From the IMG/VR virus record IMGVR_UViG_3300042893_001481: a DNA stretch of 64,000 nucleotides; one strand, written 5' to 3'. Positions within the stretch are counted from its first letter, which is position 1. Each line of letters starts with the position of its first letter. This document shows, in pieces, positions 48,160-58,429 of this stretch. The notes below the pieces were generated by a model. That model made no database searches. It had not been told where the DNA came from and saw only the letters and a list, made by a program, of their open reading frames with translations. A program made the translations under genes and the position numbers. Source of the stretch: a virus.

Positions 48160-48448
48160 ACTTTTATTATTACTTTTAATTTCAATCACATTTGTTTCTT
48201 GCTATGGAGATGGTGTTGAAAAATTAAAAACAAATAATGATGATTATTCCGTTACATATCTTTTTGAAAAAGATGGTGTCAAGATTTATCGATTTTATGA
48301 TGGAACACATTTTCATTATTTTACAAGTCGAGGTGAAACAATGACAACACAACAATCAGGTAAAACCAATTACGAAGAAAACATTAAAGATGTTATTAAA
48401 AGTAAAAGGGGAATATTAAATGATCCTGATATGTTACCCGATAATTAA
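48146..48448 (+). CDS. Putative lipoprotein (DUF4884-like)
   Basis: FVSC lipobox; YLFEKDGVKIYRFYDG..HYFT. Confidence 0.65.
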   Translation: MRTSKLLLLLLISITFVSCYGDGVEKLKTNNDDYSVTYLFEKDGVKIYRFYDGTHFHYFTSRGETMTTQQSGKTNYEENIKDVIKSKRGILNDPDMLPDN

Positions 48449-48464
48449 AAATAAATTTTATTAA

Positions 48465-48848
48465 ATGAGTACGTTATTAATTGTTTTTTTAATATTGGTT
48501 TGGATAATGTCATCAACATATGTAATGTATTATCATAATAAACATTACACATTGGGTTTGGATATGATAATAGGTGCAATATTGTTAGGGCCAATATTAG
48601 CTTTAATAGTGGGAAAGGATGTTGAAGAGAAGAAGAAATATTATGGAGTAATGGAAAGTAATGAAAGACATAGGAAATGGTTTCAAACCTTGGGATTAAT
48701 TAACAGAGAAAGAACAAGTAATATTGGACAAAGAATACCACCTCATGTATATTCTAATAGAACTATTCCACCCCCACCACCAATATCAAGAGTAGAACCA
48801 CCAAATAGAAGATTTAATAATAAAGATTTTAAATTTTTTCAGAAATAA
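48465..48848 (+). CDS. Membrane protein with Pro-rich tail and C-terminal FKFF motif
   Basis: Two TM segments, PPPPP, ends DFKFFQK. Confidence 0.6.
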   Translation: MSTLLIVFLILVWIMSSTYVMYYHNKHYTLGLDMIIGAILLGPILALIVGKDVEEKKKYYGVMESNERHRKWFQTLGLINRERTSNIGQRIPPHVYSNRTIPPPPPISRVEPPNRRFNNKDFKFFQK

Positions 48849-49501
48849 TGTTAAAGATTCCAAACGATAGGAAAGTATGGGTGACTTCGGACACACACTA
48901 TTCACACACAAATATATGTCGTGGAATAACTAATTGGAGATTGCCGAATGGTGAGGTACCAGAAAAACAAACACGCCCATTTGAAACGTTGGATAAGATG
49001 AACGCATCAATAGTTAATAACATTAATGAGGTTGTTGGTCAAGATGATGTGTTGATACATTTTGGTGATTGGTCATTTGGTGGATTTGAAAACATTGAAG
49101 AGTTACGTAATAGAATTACATGTAAAGAGATACATTTAATTTATGGTAACCACGACCATCATATTGTGAACAATAGGGAGAACTGTCAAAGTTTGTTCAC
49201 AAGTACACAATGGTTTTTACAATTAAATCACATGGGTGAAACGATGGAATGTATGCACTTTCCAATACTATCTTGGAACAGTCTTGCTAAGGGTCGTATC
49301 CATCTTCATGGACACTCTCATCTCCCAAATGAAAAGAAGATATTGTTTAGAAGAATGGATGTTGGTATGGACGGACATCTTGAATTTAGACCATATGATT
49401 TACATCATGAAATATTAAACCCAATGAAGAAACAACCGATAGGTTCTGAACTTGGGCCTGATGATCATCATGTAGATGGAATGAAAAATGTTGTGGGATA
49501 A
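48848..49501 (+). CDS. Calcineurin-like metallophosphoesterase
   Basis: SDTH, GDW, GNHD, HLHGHSH. Confidence 0.9.
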   Translation: MLKIPNDRKVWVTSDTHYSHTNICRGITNWRLPNGEVPEKQTRPFETLDKMNASIVNNINEVVGQDDVLIHFGDWSFGGFENIEELRNRITCKEIHLIYGNHDHHIVNNRENCQSLFTSTQWFLQLNHMGETMECMHFPILSWNSLAKGRIHLHGHSHLPNEKKILFRRMDVGMDGHLEFRPYDLHHEILNPMKKQPIGSELGPDDHHVDGMKNVVG

Positions 49502-49548
49502 TTTTTTTATCCCATTTTTTTTATTTACATTTTATCAAAACTAATATT

Positions 49549-49830
49549 ATGTTATTATTTATGGTTATTTTATTTGTGGTTATATTATTAATAGGGATTG
49601 TTTTTTGGACTGAAAAAATATCTTTAACAAATGATAGTTTACTATTGTTAGAAGAAAGATTAACTAAGTTGGAAAAGGATGCTGTTAAGATTACATTTCA
49701 ATCAAAACCAAATCCAAAACAATTTGATGGAATTAAAAGTGAAGAACCATTTGTAAAAACTAGAACCAAACGCAAACCCAAAACAACTAAGGATTGGGAA
49801 GATGAATTTGATTTAGGAGGAAACCAATAA
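49549..49830 (+). CDS. Membrane-anchored hypothetical protein
   Basis: N-terminal TM segment. Confidence 0.55.
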   Translation: MLLFMVILFVVILLIGIVFWTEKISLTNDSLLLLEERLTKLEKDAVKITFQSKPNPKQFDGIKSEEPFVKTRTKRKPKTTKDWEDEFDLGGNQ

Positions 49831-50369
49831 TGAAATTTAATAAGACAGATATTGAGGGTTGTTACGTAATAACCCACGACACATATGTGGACGAACGTGG
49901 TTACTTCGCCGTGCCATATAATAAAGATATATTCAATCAAAATGTGGGGTATGAAGTGGAGTTCATTCAGGATAATATGTCATTTTCTCATTTAGGGACC
50001 ATTAGAGGACTTCATTTTCAAACTGGTGACTATGAACAGGCTAAACTTGTTACGTGTATCACCGGACGAGTATTGGATGTTATCGTTGATATTAGAAAGG
50101 GTTCCCCAAGTTATGGTAAGGTTGTTGAGGTTGAACTTGGTTGGGGAAAAAACAAACAAGTGTTCGTACCAAGAGGATGTGCTCACGGATTCTCAGCATT
50201 AAGTGATAATACAATATTCCAATATAAAGTTGATAACCCATACAACAAAGAAAGTGAAGGTGGAATTATATACAACGACCCAACTTTGAATATCAAATGG
50301 AGAGTGAGTGGTTATTTAGAAAGAATATCAAGTAAGGACTTAGAACTACCCACTTTTTTATCTTTATAG
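49830..50369 (+). CDS. rmlC: dTDP-4-dehydrorhamnose 3,5-epimerase
   Basis: DERGYF, QDNMS, GTIRGLHFQ, QAKLV, VDIRKGSP, AHGF, YKVD. Confidence 0.95.
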   Translation: MKFNKTDIEGCYVITHDTYVDERGYFAVPYNKDIFNQNVGYEVEFIQDNMSFSHLGTIRGLHFQTGDYEQAKLVTCITGRVLDVIVDIRKGSPSYGKVVEVELGWGKNKQVFVPRGCAHGFSALSDNTIFQYKVDNPYNKESEGGIIYNDPTLNIKWRVSGYLERISSKDLELPTFLSL

Positions 50370-50423
50370 TGTATTTATAAGAATAAAACCTAATAACAAG
50401 TATTTATATATAAAACAGGAATC

Positions 50424-50645
50424 ATGTCAAAAACTATTAAGATAAAACAATCAGATATTGAAAGAATTGTAACTAAGATTGTTACTGAAAATATGAACGC
50501 TAATTTGGACGAAATTGACGGTGTCGATGACAGTTCAGAAGGTGGAATGGAATTAAAATTAGGATTGGTTGGTGCGACAGGTTATGTTCTTTACAAAACC
50601 AATCCCGATGGTACCGAAGAGGTTGTTAAGAAATTCGATAAATAA
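50424..50645 (+). CDS. Small acidic protein, putative head-internal
   Basis: TATTTATA at 50372 and 50401; IKQSDIERIVTKIVTE leader. Confidence 0.55.
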   Translation: MSKTIKIKQSDIERIVTKIVTENMNANLDEIDGVDDSSEGGMELKLGLVGATGYVLYKTNPDGTEEVVKKFDK

Positions 50646-50662
50646 TAAAAAATTATAATACG

Positions 50663-50691
50663 AACCTCACAGAAATGTGAGGTTTTTTTTT
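50663..50691 (+). terminator. Rho-independent terminator
   Basis: AACCTCAC-AGAAAT-GTGAGGTT then T-run; same loop as terminator at 46632. Confidence 0.85.
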
Positions 50692-50733
50692 ATTCAATTA
50701 TTTTAGTATATTTGATTATAAAGAACAAGATAT

Positions 50734-50976
50734 ATGTTATTTAAATACACAATCACTTTAGAAATGGAAGTTGAATTTGAGGCACCATTATTGGGTGTTG
50801 ATAATACAAAACACAAAAGAAAATATGTTGGCTCAATTGCAAAGAAAACACTTCAAGAAATGGTAAGTCTTGATAGTACCGTTGTAGTCGTTGATAGAAA
50901 AATTGAGGAAGATAATTTAAATGGAACAATTAAAGGTCACATACATTTAGGTAAATCAGAGAAAAATAAATACTAA
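50734..50976 (+). CDS. Hypothetical protein
   Basis: TATATTTG at 50707 upstream. Confidence 0.55.
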   Translation: MLFKYTITLEMEVEFEAPLLGVDNTKHKRKYVGSIAKKTLQEMVSLDSTVVVVDRKIEEDNLNGTIKGHIHLGKSEKNKY

Positions 50977-51054
50977 TAAATTTTGTGATTTCACAAAAAA
51001 TCACTATCTTTGTGAACAATTAAACTTTTTTGTAAATTATTAAAATTTCATAAT

Positions 51055-52089
51055 ATGTCGAAAGCAAGGGAACTAAGAACTAATCAAGAAAACAATCTAA
51101 ACTTCTATGAACTATTTGAGAAGTTTGTACCCGAAAAAAAATCAAAATATGTCGACACCTTGTTGAGGTTAATGAAAAAAACCAGAAATATTGATGACCA
51201 TGTTGATGAGATTAAAGAAAAGCTGTCCACCGAATTTAACATACCAAAAGAAGAATGGGAAGGATTTGGTAAATTACAAATCGTTTTCTTTTATAGATTA
51301 ATTGATACAATGTTTAATGTTTCAGATCTTCAAACATTTCAAAAGTTTTGTGAGTTTAATGAAAGAAATCTAATTAAACAAAATGATTTATCTAAGTATA
51401 ATTCATTTGAAGACATAACAAATTCAGTTAGTGTTGCTGAAATGATTTCCCAAGGTAAAGATTTAGAAAAACAAGTTAAAGTAGTTTTGGATACTGAAGA
51501 ATGGTTATTACTTAGACCATTAACATTTCAATCATCTCGGAAGTATGGTTCTAATACTAAATGGTGCACAACTCAAGAGAATAATCCTGACTACTTTATG
51601 AAGTACTCAAACAAAGGTGTGTTGATTTATTGTATCAACAAAAAAACAGGTTATAAAGTTGCGAGTTTTTATTCATTAGATAAAGGAGATCCAGAGTTTT
51701 CATTTTGGAATCAAAAAGACACTCGTGTTGACTCGTTAGATACTGATTTGACAGATGATTTAAGATTGGTAATTTACAACGAATCTAAAGGTAAGGGTGC
51801 TAAAACAAATAGATTTCTACTTTCGGATGAGGAGAGAAGAAAAGAAGAAAAGAATTTAAAAATAGGTTATTCTTATAAAAGTGGTTCGGTTCCGATTGAA
51901 GAACTTGGTGAAAATAGAGCGGAAAGAATTAGAAATAGAATTGAGAGAGTTCAGGAAGAAGAAACTGAAGAAATGCCGATGTTAGAACAACAAATGGAGG
52001 AAGAAAGACTTGAGGAATCACTTTATGAGAATAGAGAAAATCTTGATGTGGTAACTCAAACCCCCTCTTCGTTTAATTTTGGTAATTAA
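51055..52089 (+). CDS. Hypothetical phage protein with acidic tail
   Basis: PLT..SS.KYGSNTKWCT motif; promoter TTTG-N19-TATCTTTG upstream. Confidence 0.65.
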   Translation: MSKARELRTNQENNLNFYELFEKFVPEKKSKYVDTLLRLMKKTRNIDDHVDEIKEKLSTEFNIPKEEWEGFGKLQIVFFYRLIDTMFNVSDLQTFQKFCEFNERNLIKQNDLSKYNSFEDITNSVSVAEMISQGKDLEKQVKVVLDTEEWLLLRPLTFQSSRKYGSNTKWCTTQENNPDYFMKYSNKGVLIYCINKKTGYKVASFYSLDKGDPEFSFWNQKDTRVDSLDTDLTDDLRLVIYNESKGKGAKTNRFLLSDEERRKEEKNLKIGYSYKSGSVPIEELGENRAERIRNRIERVQEEETEEMPMLEQQMEEERLEESLYENRENLDVVTQTPSSFNFGN

Positions 52090-52193
52090 TCCTATCCAGT
52101 ATCTACTAGTATTGTTTTCTAGATTTAAGCAACTAGTTCTAGTATACTAGATAAATACTGGAAAAAAAGAAAAAATACCTGATATTTATTGGT

Positions 52194-52427
52194 ATGAAAT
52201 TAATCCTAACTGAAAGTCAATACAAAACAATTTTGAACGAATATTATAATCCTGAAAAGCTTTACTCAAAGCGACATATTGTTTCTCAGTTGAACAACGC
52301 ACCTAATTATATGAAGAAATATATTAATACGTTACCTTCATTGGAATGTACTGATTCTCAAGGAGAACCACACATTTGTACCAGAATCCCACAAGTAGTT
52401 TACCAATATCTTTTTGGTAATTTCTAA
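52194..52427 (+). CDS. Small protein with MKLILTESQ..ILNE leader, putative head-internal
   Basis: TATTTAT at 52183 directly upstream. Confidence 0.6.
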   Translation: MKLILTESQYKTILNEYYNPEKLYSKRHIVSQLNNAPNYMKKYINTLPSLECTDSQGEPHICTRIPQVVYQYLFGNF

Positions 52428-52432
52428 ATATA

Positions 52433-52464
52433 TTTGGAATATTCCAAAAAAACCCGTACCTTTG
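52433..52464 (+). promoter_or_regulatory. Bacteroidota-type promoter overlapped by 16-bp palindrome
   Basis: TTTGGAATATTCCAAA (perfect palindrome) ... TACCTTTG, 20-nt spacer. Confidence 0.7.
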
Positions 52465-52481
52465 TACTCTAAAATTACTTA

Positions 52482-52862
52482 ATGATATTGTCTAAAATAA
52501 GTCCATACGTATATCCTGGTATTAAAGATACCGCCGACTATGTTAAAGTAAAGAAATTTGATAGAGATAAAATATCCAAAGAAGAAATCTTATTAATAGT
52601 GTCCCAACATTGTTCGGTAAGTTCGACAAGGATACTAACAAGAATTAGGAAAAGAGAAGTAGTTGACGCTCGTCATATGTACATAGCAGTCATGAGAAAG
52701 ATATTCAGATATCCTGTAACTGAAATTGGTAGAATGGTTGACAGGGACCACACAACAATTTTAGATTCACTCAAAAAATTTAACAATCGTTATAAATGTT
52801 ATGATGATTATAAAGATGTTGCAGACTCAATTTTTAACAAAATAAAATCAAAAATAGAATAA
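52482..52862 (+). CDS. Stand-alone DnaA C-terminal (domain IV) HTH protein
   Basis: RKREVVDARH, EIGRMVDRDHTTI. Confidence 0.8.
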   Translation: MILSKISPYVYPGIKDTADYVKVKKFDRDKISKEEILLIVSQHCSVSSTRILTRIRKREVVDARHMYIAVMRKIFRYPVTEIGRMVDRDHTTILDSLKKFNNRYKCYDDYKDVADSIFNKIKSKIE

Positions 52863-52863
52863 T

Positions 52864-53421
52864 ATGAAAACATTAATTATACATCCTTCGGATGAAAGCA
52901 CAACGTTTTTGGAAATTGTTTATAAAAACGTCCCTAACAAAACAGTTGTAACAGGTGGTATGAGTAAAATGGAGGTGATTAAATTAATTGAATCACATGA
53001 CCGAGTTATGATGATGGGACACGGCAGTCCTGGCGGACTTTTCAATATAGGTCAATTTACTGATTGTGGGTCGAAATACGGAGGTTACATCATTGACCAA
53101 TCGATTGTACCACTTTTGAAACAAAAGGACAACAGCGTCTTTATTTGGTGTAATGCTGACAAATTTGTAGACACCTTCCAACTTGAGGGATTCTATTCTG
53201 GTATGTTCATCAGCGAAGTTGGTGAGGCATTGTATTGTGGATTACCTGGTACCGAACAAGACCAAGTTGATGAATCTAATTACGGATTTGTAAACATCAT
53301 TAGTAAGTACATCAATGAAGATAAGAAAGTGATTCACGAAAAGGTGACGGGTGAGTATGGTTTAATTGCGGAGGATAATCCTGTAGCACTCTACAATAAT
53401 TTAAGATTATACATCAACTAA
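52864..53421 (+). CDS. Hypothetical protein (GHGS...WC, possibly caspase/CHAT-like fold)
   Basis: MMGHGSPGGL, FIWCNAD. Confidence 0.5.
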   Translation: MKTLIIHPSDESTTFLEIVYKNVPNKTVVTGGMSKMEVIKLIESHDRVMMMGHGSPGGLFNIGQFTDCGSKYGGYIIDQSIVPLLKQKDNSVFIWCNADKFVDTFQLEGFYSGMFISEVGEALYCGLPGTEQDQVDESNYGFVNIISKYINEDKKVIHEKVTGEYGLIAEDNPVALYNNLRLYIN

Positions 53422-53426
53422 AACAT

Positions 53427-53456
53427 AAACCCCCACTTAAGTGGGGTTTTTTATTT
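53427..53456 (+). terminator. Rho-independent terminator
   Basis: AAACCCCCAC-TTAA-GTGGGGTTTT TTATTT. Confidence 0.85.
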
Positions 53457-53483
53457 CAAGAAATTTTTCTTACATTATAACAT

Positions 53484-53831
53484 ATGAATTATAATAAAAT
53501 ATTATTGGGAATCCTATTCGGTATTATAGGACAGGTAGGAACCTTCCTTCAATTACAAGGATCTTATAAGTATGGATGGTACGAGAAATACCAATGGTTG
53601 GTTATCTTAGCAAGTGTTCCACTTGGTTGGGTGTACATTTTATCAGTTAATAACTTTATCGTAGGATTTGGTGGTCAAATTTGGCCAAGTAGATTGGTTG
53701 GTTTTGGTGTTGGCGTTATCATTTTTACATTAATGTCCCACTTCCTGTTCAAAGAACCATTAGATTTAAAAAATGCAATCTGTTTGATGTTAGGGTTTAC
53801 AATAGTTCTTATACAACTATTTGTAAAATAA
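53484..53831 (+). CDS. Four-TM small membrane protein (SMR/DMT-like size)
   Basis: Four hydrophobic helices, LFKEP. Confidence 0.6.
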   Translation: MNYNKILLGILFGIIGQVGTFLQLQGSYKYGWYEKYQWLVILASVPLGWVYILSVNNFIVGFGGQIWPSRLVGFGVGVIIFTLMSHFLFKEPLDLKNAICLMLGFTIVLIQLFVK

Positions 53832-53880
53832 TTTGGAATATACTAGAAATATTCGTATATTTGTATTCAAATATTATAGT

Positions 53881-55176
53881 ATGAAAAAATTCTATTTAAT
53901 TCTTTTAGTTTCATTTTTTCTTTTCTCTTGTGAGAAAGAAGATATTTTACCTATTAAACAATTAACGGATGTTGTAACGTTTAAAGGATATGTTGTTGAC
54001 CCTAAGGCTCGTCAACTAGGAACTGATTATTGGGAGAATACACCAGTATTAAGTGATTTAATGATTGGTGTGTTTCAAAAGAATTTTGAAGTTTATGCAC
54101 TACCACAAGGTGATGCCTATTGTGCGTGGACTCAAGCTATTTGTAATGGTGATTTTAACAATGATGGTTACATTGATGTTTTTAATGGGGGTAGTGCATT
54201 CGGAGGACAAAAATCTAGATTAAGTTTTTTAATATGGGACCCTGTTGATACTACATTCGTAGAAAAGAATCTAATAAATAATAAAACAAATTTTATTGGT
54301 GCACCGACTAAAGTGTCACCAATATATTTGAATGGTGACAATTATGTTGATTTGGTAATTTTTGGTCATCAAGATGAATCCTCACCGAAAAATAGAATCG
54401 AACCTATTACCATTTGTTTAAGTGACGGTAAAGGTGGATACGATTTAACTGAGTTAGATTTACAACCCCCTTTACCAAATGAAAATGTTGTTTATGAACA
54501 TGGTTCGGTGGGTGATTTAAACGGGGATAAAATTCCTGATTTGTTAATTATGGCAAATCCAAGAGTTTACGTTTTTTGGGGAACATCCACACCCCCATAT
54601 TTTACCAACAAAGATTTTTTGGTATCAGAAAGGAACGATTTACCATTTTATTGTAAAATAAAAGACATCAATAAGGACGGTATAAATGATGCAATCATTG
54701 CAACCAATATTGAGAATCAAATATTTTTAAATGATGGAAAAGGAACGGTATTAACTAATAAAATAACAACACCATACGTAACCCAAGGTAATGTATTCGA
54801 CTACATAGTTGATGATTTGAATTTAGATGGTCTTAATGATTATATTAACATTAGTGCAACGAATCATTTAGAATGGTCAATAGATGCGTACATTCAACAG
54901 AAAGACGGGTCATTTATAAGAGATGTTAGTTGGATAGAAAATATATCGGGTACTAAAAGGGGCAATTATCGAAACAAACTTATTTATTATGATTTTAATG
55001 GTGATGGAAAAAAAGACATTACCTATTCAGATACGGGAATGGACCCATACACAAGCCCCACAAATGAGATTAAAAATAAAACCGTTTTTATAAGGAGGGG
55101 TAATAAATTCATAGAGGAAGATTACTATCAATATGATTCTTACGCGAAGCGATTAAAGGAAAAATATTATAAATAA
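53881..55176 (+). CDS. Lipoprotein with FG-GAP/VCBS (DxNxDG) repeats
   Basis: MKKFYLILLVSFFLFSC lipobox; DFNNDG, DLNGDK, DINKDG, DLNLDG, DFNGDG. Confidence 0.85.
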   Translation: MKKFYLILLVSFFLFSCEKEDILPIKQLTDVVTFKGYVVDPKARQLGTDYWENTPVLSDLMIGVFQKNFEVYALPQGDAYCAWTQAICNGDFNNDGYIDVFNGGSAFGGQKSRLSFLIWDPVDTTFVEKNLINNKTNFIGAPTKVSPIYLNGDNYVDLVIFGHQDESSPKNRIEPITICLSDGKGGYDLTELDLQPPLPNENVVYEHGSVGDLNGDKIPDLLIMANPRVYVFWGTSTPPYFTNKDFLVSERNDLPFYCKIKDINKDGINDAIIATNIENQIFLNDGKGTVLTNKITTPYVTQGNVFDYIVDDLNLDGLNDYINISATNHLEWSIDAYIQQKDGSFIRDVSWIENISGTKRGNYRNKLIYYDFNGDGKKDITYSDTGMDPYTSPTNEIKNKTVFIRRGNKFIEEDYYQYDSYAKRLKEKYYK

Positions 55177-55232
55177 ATTATAATTTTAATTTATAAAACC
55201 AAAAAAATTATTTAAATTATATAAAAAAGAAT

Positions 55233-55475
55233 ATGCTATTAAAAGAATTAAGAGATTGGGTTAATAAATTACCCGTAGAAATGGATGAATTTGTGGTGGT
55301 GACAAGAGAAATAAAAATGGACGAAGAAGATTTAGATAAAATGTTATTTAAGGACTTTCCATTGGTGTCGGGTATTCCTGATGAAAATACGAAAAGAATA
55401 GTATTGCACGATTACGAGTCACAGGTGGTTATTAATGAAATTAGAGAAAAAACTAAACCCAAGGAAGTTGAATAA
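55233..55475 (+). CDS. Hypothetical protein
   Basis: 80-aa ORF. Confidence 0.55.
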   Translation: MLLKELRDWVNKLPVEMDEFVVVTREIKMDEEDLDKMLFKDFPLVSGIPDENTKRIVLHDYESQVVINEIREKTKPKEVE

Positions 55476-55537
55476 TCCTTAATTTATTTGGAATATTATA
55501 AAAATATTAGTAATTTTGTATTCTAAAATTCAATGAT

Positions 55538-55846
55538 ATGTCAAAAGAAATGGGGTTACGTCAGATGATGGAAATGTATAGGGCTTTAGTTAGTAGAGCC
55601 AATTTAAGAGGTAAATCATCGGGTGAAACCAGAAAAAGGTTTATGGATAAAATTTTTGAGGTTTTCCAAAACTACGCAATCCAATATAGTGAAGTTGGGA
55701 AAGGTGAAAGTATCGAAAACGATTTCCTACCAACATTTATAGATGAGGTCATTTCACATTTTGAATCCCTTGAAGAGTATGAAAAATGTGATTACCTTAT
55801 AAAATACAAACAGAAATTTCTTACTCCTCACTTAGATAAAGTCTAA
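55538..55846 (+). CDS. Hypothetical protein (EEYEKC UVR-like motif)
   Basis: Promoter TTTG-N20-TAATTTTG upstream. Confidence 0.55.
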   Translation: MSKEMGLRQMMEMYRALVSRANLRGKSSGETRKRFMDKIFEVFQNYAIQYSEVGKGESIENDFLPTFIDEVISHFESLEEYEKCDYLIKYKQKFLTPHLDKV

Positions 55847-55865
55847 TTGGGGAGTATTTATTTAC

Positions 55866-56126
55866 ATGAAGTCATTCCTATCTGAAGATGAAATAAAGAG
55901 TTTAGTTAAATCCACCATCAATGAGATGGGACCCAAGGATTGGAGACTCAAAGCCATTATGCAAATGTTCGATGACTCCAAGTCTAACCACGAAAGACGT
56001 AAAATATCCCTCATAGTTGCTAATAATAACAATTCTAACAGAGACGAAATTCTTAGTACTCTACAGGACTTTGGACACGATGATATGTCAGAAGTCGCCG
56101 AACGTTTAGGACTTTATAACGACTAA
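55866..56126 (+). CDS. Small protein with LSEDEIKSLVKSTINE leader
   Basis: TATTTAT at 55855 upstream. Confidence 0.55.
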   Translation: MKSFLSEDEIKSLVKSTINEMGPKDWRLKAIMQMFDDSKSNHERRKISLIVANNNNSNRDEILSTLQDFGHDDMSEVAERLGLYND

Positions 56127-56164
56127 ATTTTGTTTTTTCGAACTAATTATTTATATTAGTTCAT

Positions 56165-56551
56165 ATGTTACCCTTCACTTTTTTTCACGGAACATCCTTT
56201 TGTATTGAACAACCCACAGCACCATTTTTTGGAGTTGGGTTGGTAAATGATTTTAATGAAAATGGAATCAATACCTTGGGATATGAACCATATTATATGG
56301 AAAGAGGAGATATGATTTTTCAATCAGATATATGTCACCGAAGTTATGTGGAATGGAGACATTTGATTGATAATAATCCTGGTGATGTAACATATTATTT
56401 ATATGCTGTGTTAAGACCTGATGAAGATTATAGAGAACAAGAAGTTATTAATCTTCATGGAGCAACCGACGTGTTCCCGTTGTTTGTTTTAGAAAATCCT
56501 CGCACAGAATTTGTATTTGAATTTATAATGATACCCAATGAAGAAGTTTAA
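56165..56551 (+). CDS. Hypothetical protein, N-terminal FTFFHG motif
   Basis: ORF track. Confidence 0.6.
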   Translation: MLPFTFFHGTSFCIEQPTAPFFGVGLVNDFNENGINTLGYEPYYMERGDMIFQSDICHRSYVEWRHLIDNNPGDVTYYLYAVLRPDEDYREQEVINLHGATDVFPLFVLENPRTEFVFEFIMIPNEEV

Positions 56552-56840
56552 ATTTTTTTATGATGAGTTTTTGAATTTAACAGAAAACGATGTTAATGAA
56601 ATCCATACACAAATGGAATTATTCGCTCGTGAGTTAGTTACAAGTGGCGAATATGAAACAACAATATTTCCAAAAAAATATGATTTTTTGGGTTACTCAT
56701 ATTACGTATCAAGTGTAACAGAAGGAATAAAAATTAACGATGGTGGAATGATGCCATATCTTGAGGATTATCATAGAGTGATAATGAATTACACTACAAA
56801 CGATTTAATAAACCAAATAAGATTTCAATTTATAATATAA
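56538..56840 (+). CDS. Hypothetical protein, N-terminal FKFF motif
   Basis: ORF track. Confidence 0.6.
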   Translation: MKKFKFFYDEFLNLTENDVNEIHTQMELFARELVTSGEYETTIFPKKYDFLGYSYYVSSVTEGIKINDGGMMPYLEDYHRVIMNYTTNDLINQIRFQFII

Positions 56841-57625
56841 TGGTAAAAATAATTTCAGGATATTCAGGTGAGGGAGGATCCACAACTATCTTAATCAACT
56901 TAACAAATTTATTTAACGAAAAGGGGGTTGAGACAATTTTTTATGGTCCTAATGATTTTCATTTAAATAAATGTAAATCAGGTAAGTCAAATAACATAAA
57001 AGTAGACAAGGATGATATTTTATTAACACATTTTATAAAATTAGAAAAAAGACCAGATGTGAAAAATATTGTATTATGTTGTCATGAAAAATGGTGGTTT
57101 GAAGTTGCGGACATACCAAATTATTGGGATAATTTAGTTTTTAGTCATGAAGAACATAGAAAATATCATAACAGATATGATGGACCCTATATGGTCATCC
57201 CAAATCCAAAAGAACCATTGACACCAATCGATAAACCTGAATTAAATTTGGTTGCTGGTGTTATTGGAACCGTTGAGCGAAGGAAACAAACACATGTTTC
57301 AATTGAAAGAGCGTTGGAGGATGGATGTACAAAAATTTACATTTATGGTAAAATATTAAAGGACGAATATTATAATGAAAATGTAAAGAAATATGAAAAT
57401 CACCCATGTGTTGAATTTGTGGGTTATGTAAATACAAAACAAGATATGTATAATAGTATAGGTAGAGTCTATCATTCATCAAATGGTGAAGTGGCTTGTT
57501 TGGTTAAAGATGAATGTCATTACACAAACACAAAGTTTTTCGGTAACGAACAAACAACACATGAAGTCTCTACACTAAATAATGATGAAATCTTTCTGTT
57601 ATGGAAAGAGGTTTTAAAATTTTAA
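56840..57625 (+). CDS. GT-B (GT4-like) glycosyltransferase
   Basis: GGS, CHE, VIPN, IGTVERRKQ, FVGY, YHSS.GE. Confidence 0.65.
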   Translation: MVKIISGYSGEGGSTTILINLTNLFNEKGVETIFYGPNDFHLNKCKSGKSNNIKVDKDDILLTHFIKLEKRPDVKNIVLCCHEKWWFEVADIPNYWDNLVFSHEEHRKYHNRYDGPYMVIPNPKEPLTPIDKPELNLVAGVIGTVERRKQTHVSIERALEDGCTKIYIYGKILKDEYYNENVKKYENHPCVEFVGYVNTKQDMYNSIGRVYHSSNGEVACLVKDECHYTNTKFFGNEQTTHEVSTLNNDEIFLLWKEVLKF

Positions 57626-57629
57626 TGTT

Positions 57630-58004
57630 ATGAGAGAATTTAAATTATTACGAGGTTATCAAGAAATAAACCCATTAACAAATATTGATTGGAGTACAAT
57701 TAATAGAATAAATGATTTAAATACAATTGTCACCCCATACACACCACATTGGAATGGGATAAACTATACACCTACATGGGTAACTAATCCAGGTTACATA
57801 ATTCCACAACCATATACAATAACAACAACACCTGGTTATGGTACATTTACAATACCAAGTTACGGAACAATAACAACAGGAACCATAACAAGTTCTACTT
57901 TAACAACATCAAACCCAAATGGGATAACTTACACAACGGGAGGTTTCGGTGGAACTTTAACAACAGGCACAGCAAACACATTTTACACCTCAAATATTAA
58001 GTAA
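57630..58004 (+). CDS. Thr-rich low-complexity protein, N-terminal FKLLRG motif
   Basis: ORF track. Confidence 0.6.
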   Translation: MREFKLLRGYQEINPLTNIDWSTINRINDLNTIVTPYTPHWNGINYTPTWVTNPGYIIPQPYTITTTPGYGTFTIPSYGTITTGTITSSTLTTSNPNGITYTTGGFGGTLTTGTANTFYTSNIK

Positions 58005-58429
58005 TGACCAAGTTCAAATTTTTCAGAGGATATGTTGGGACATTAAATGTAATGGATGGACAAACATATGCCACCGCATCGTTTAATGATGACACTCCTG
58101 AAGGTCATATGGGTAGAAGAAGATTGTACCACACTAGAGAGATGTATCAAAGACCTATAGAAGGTGAAGTTATTACTCAACAACAATGGAATTTGAATAG
58201 AGACGCAGCTGCCGAACAAGGGGAAAGATTACATAGAGATTTAAATGATAACCCAATAAGATTATTTCAATCAACAAGAGTAACAACCGTTAACCCAAAG
58301 TTTTGGACGAAGGTAAAGATAGTTCTTCAAGAAAGTTGGAGGTTAGAACCTGTTGGTGTTGTTGTTGTGAGTATATTGTTAACAATGGTTACAATCATTG
58401 GAATTGCTAAATTACTAAATGCGTTTTAA
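58004..58429 (+). CDS. Tail-anchored membrane protein, N-terminal FKFFRG motif
   Basis: C-terminal TM segment. Confidence 0.6.
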   Translation: MTKFKFFRGYVGTLNVMDGQTYATASFNDDTPEGHMGRRRLYHTREMYQRPIEGEVITQQQWNLNRDAAAEQGERLHRDLNDNPIRLFQSTRVTTVNPKFWTKVKIVLQESWRLEPVGVVVVSILLTMVTIIGIAKLLNAF

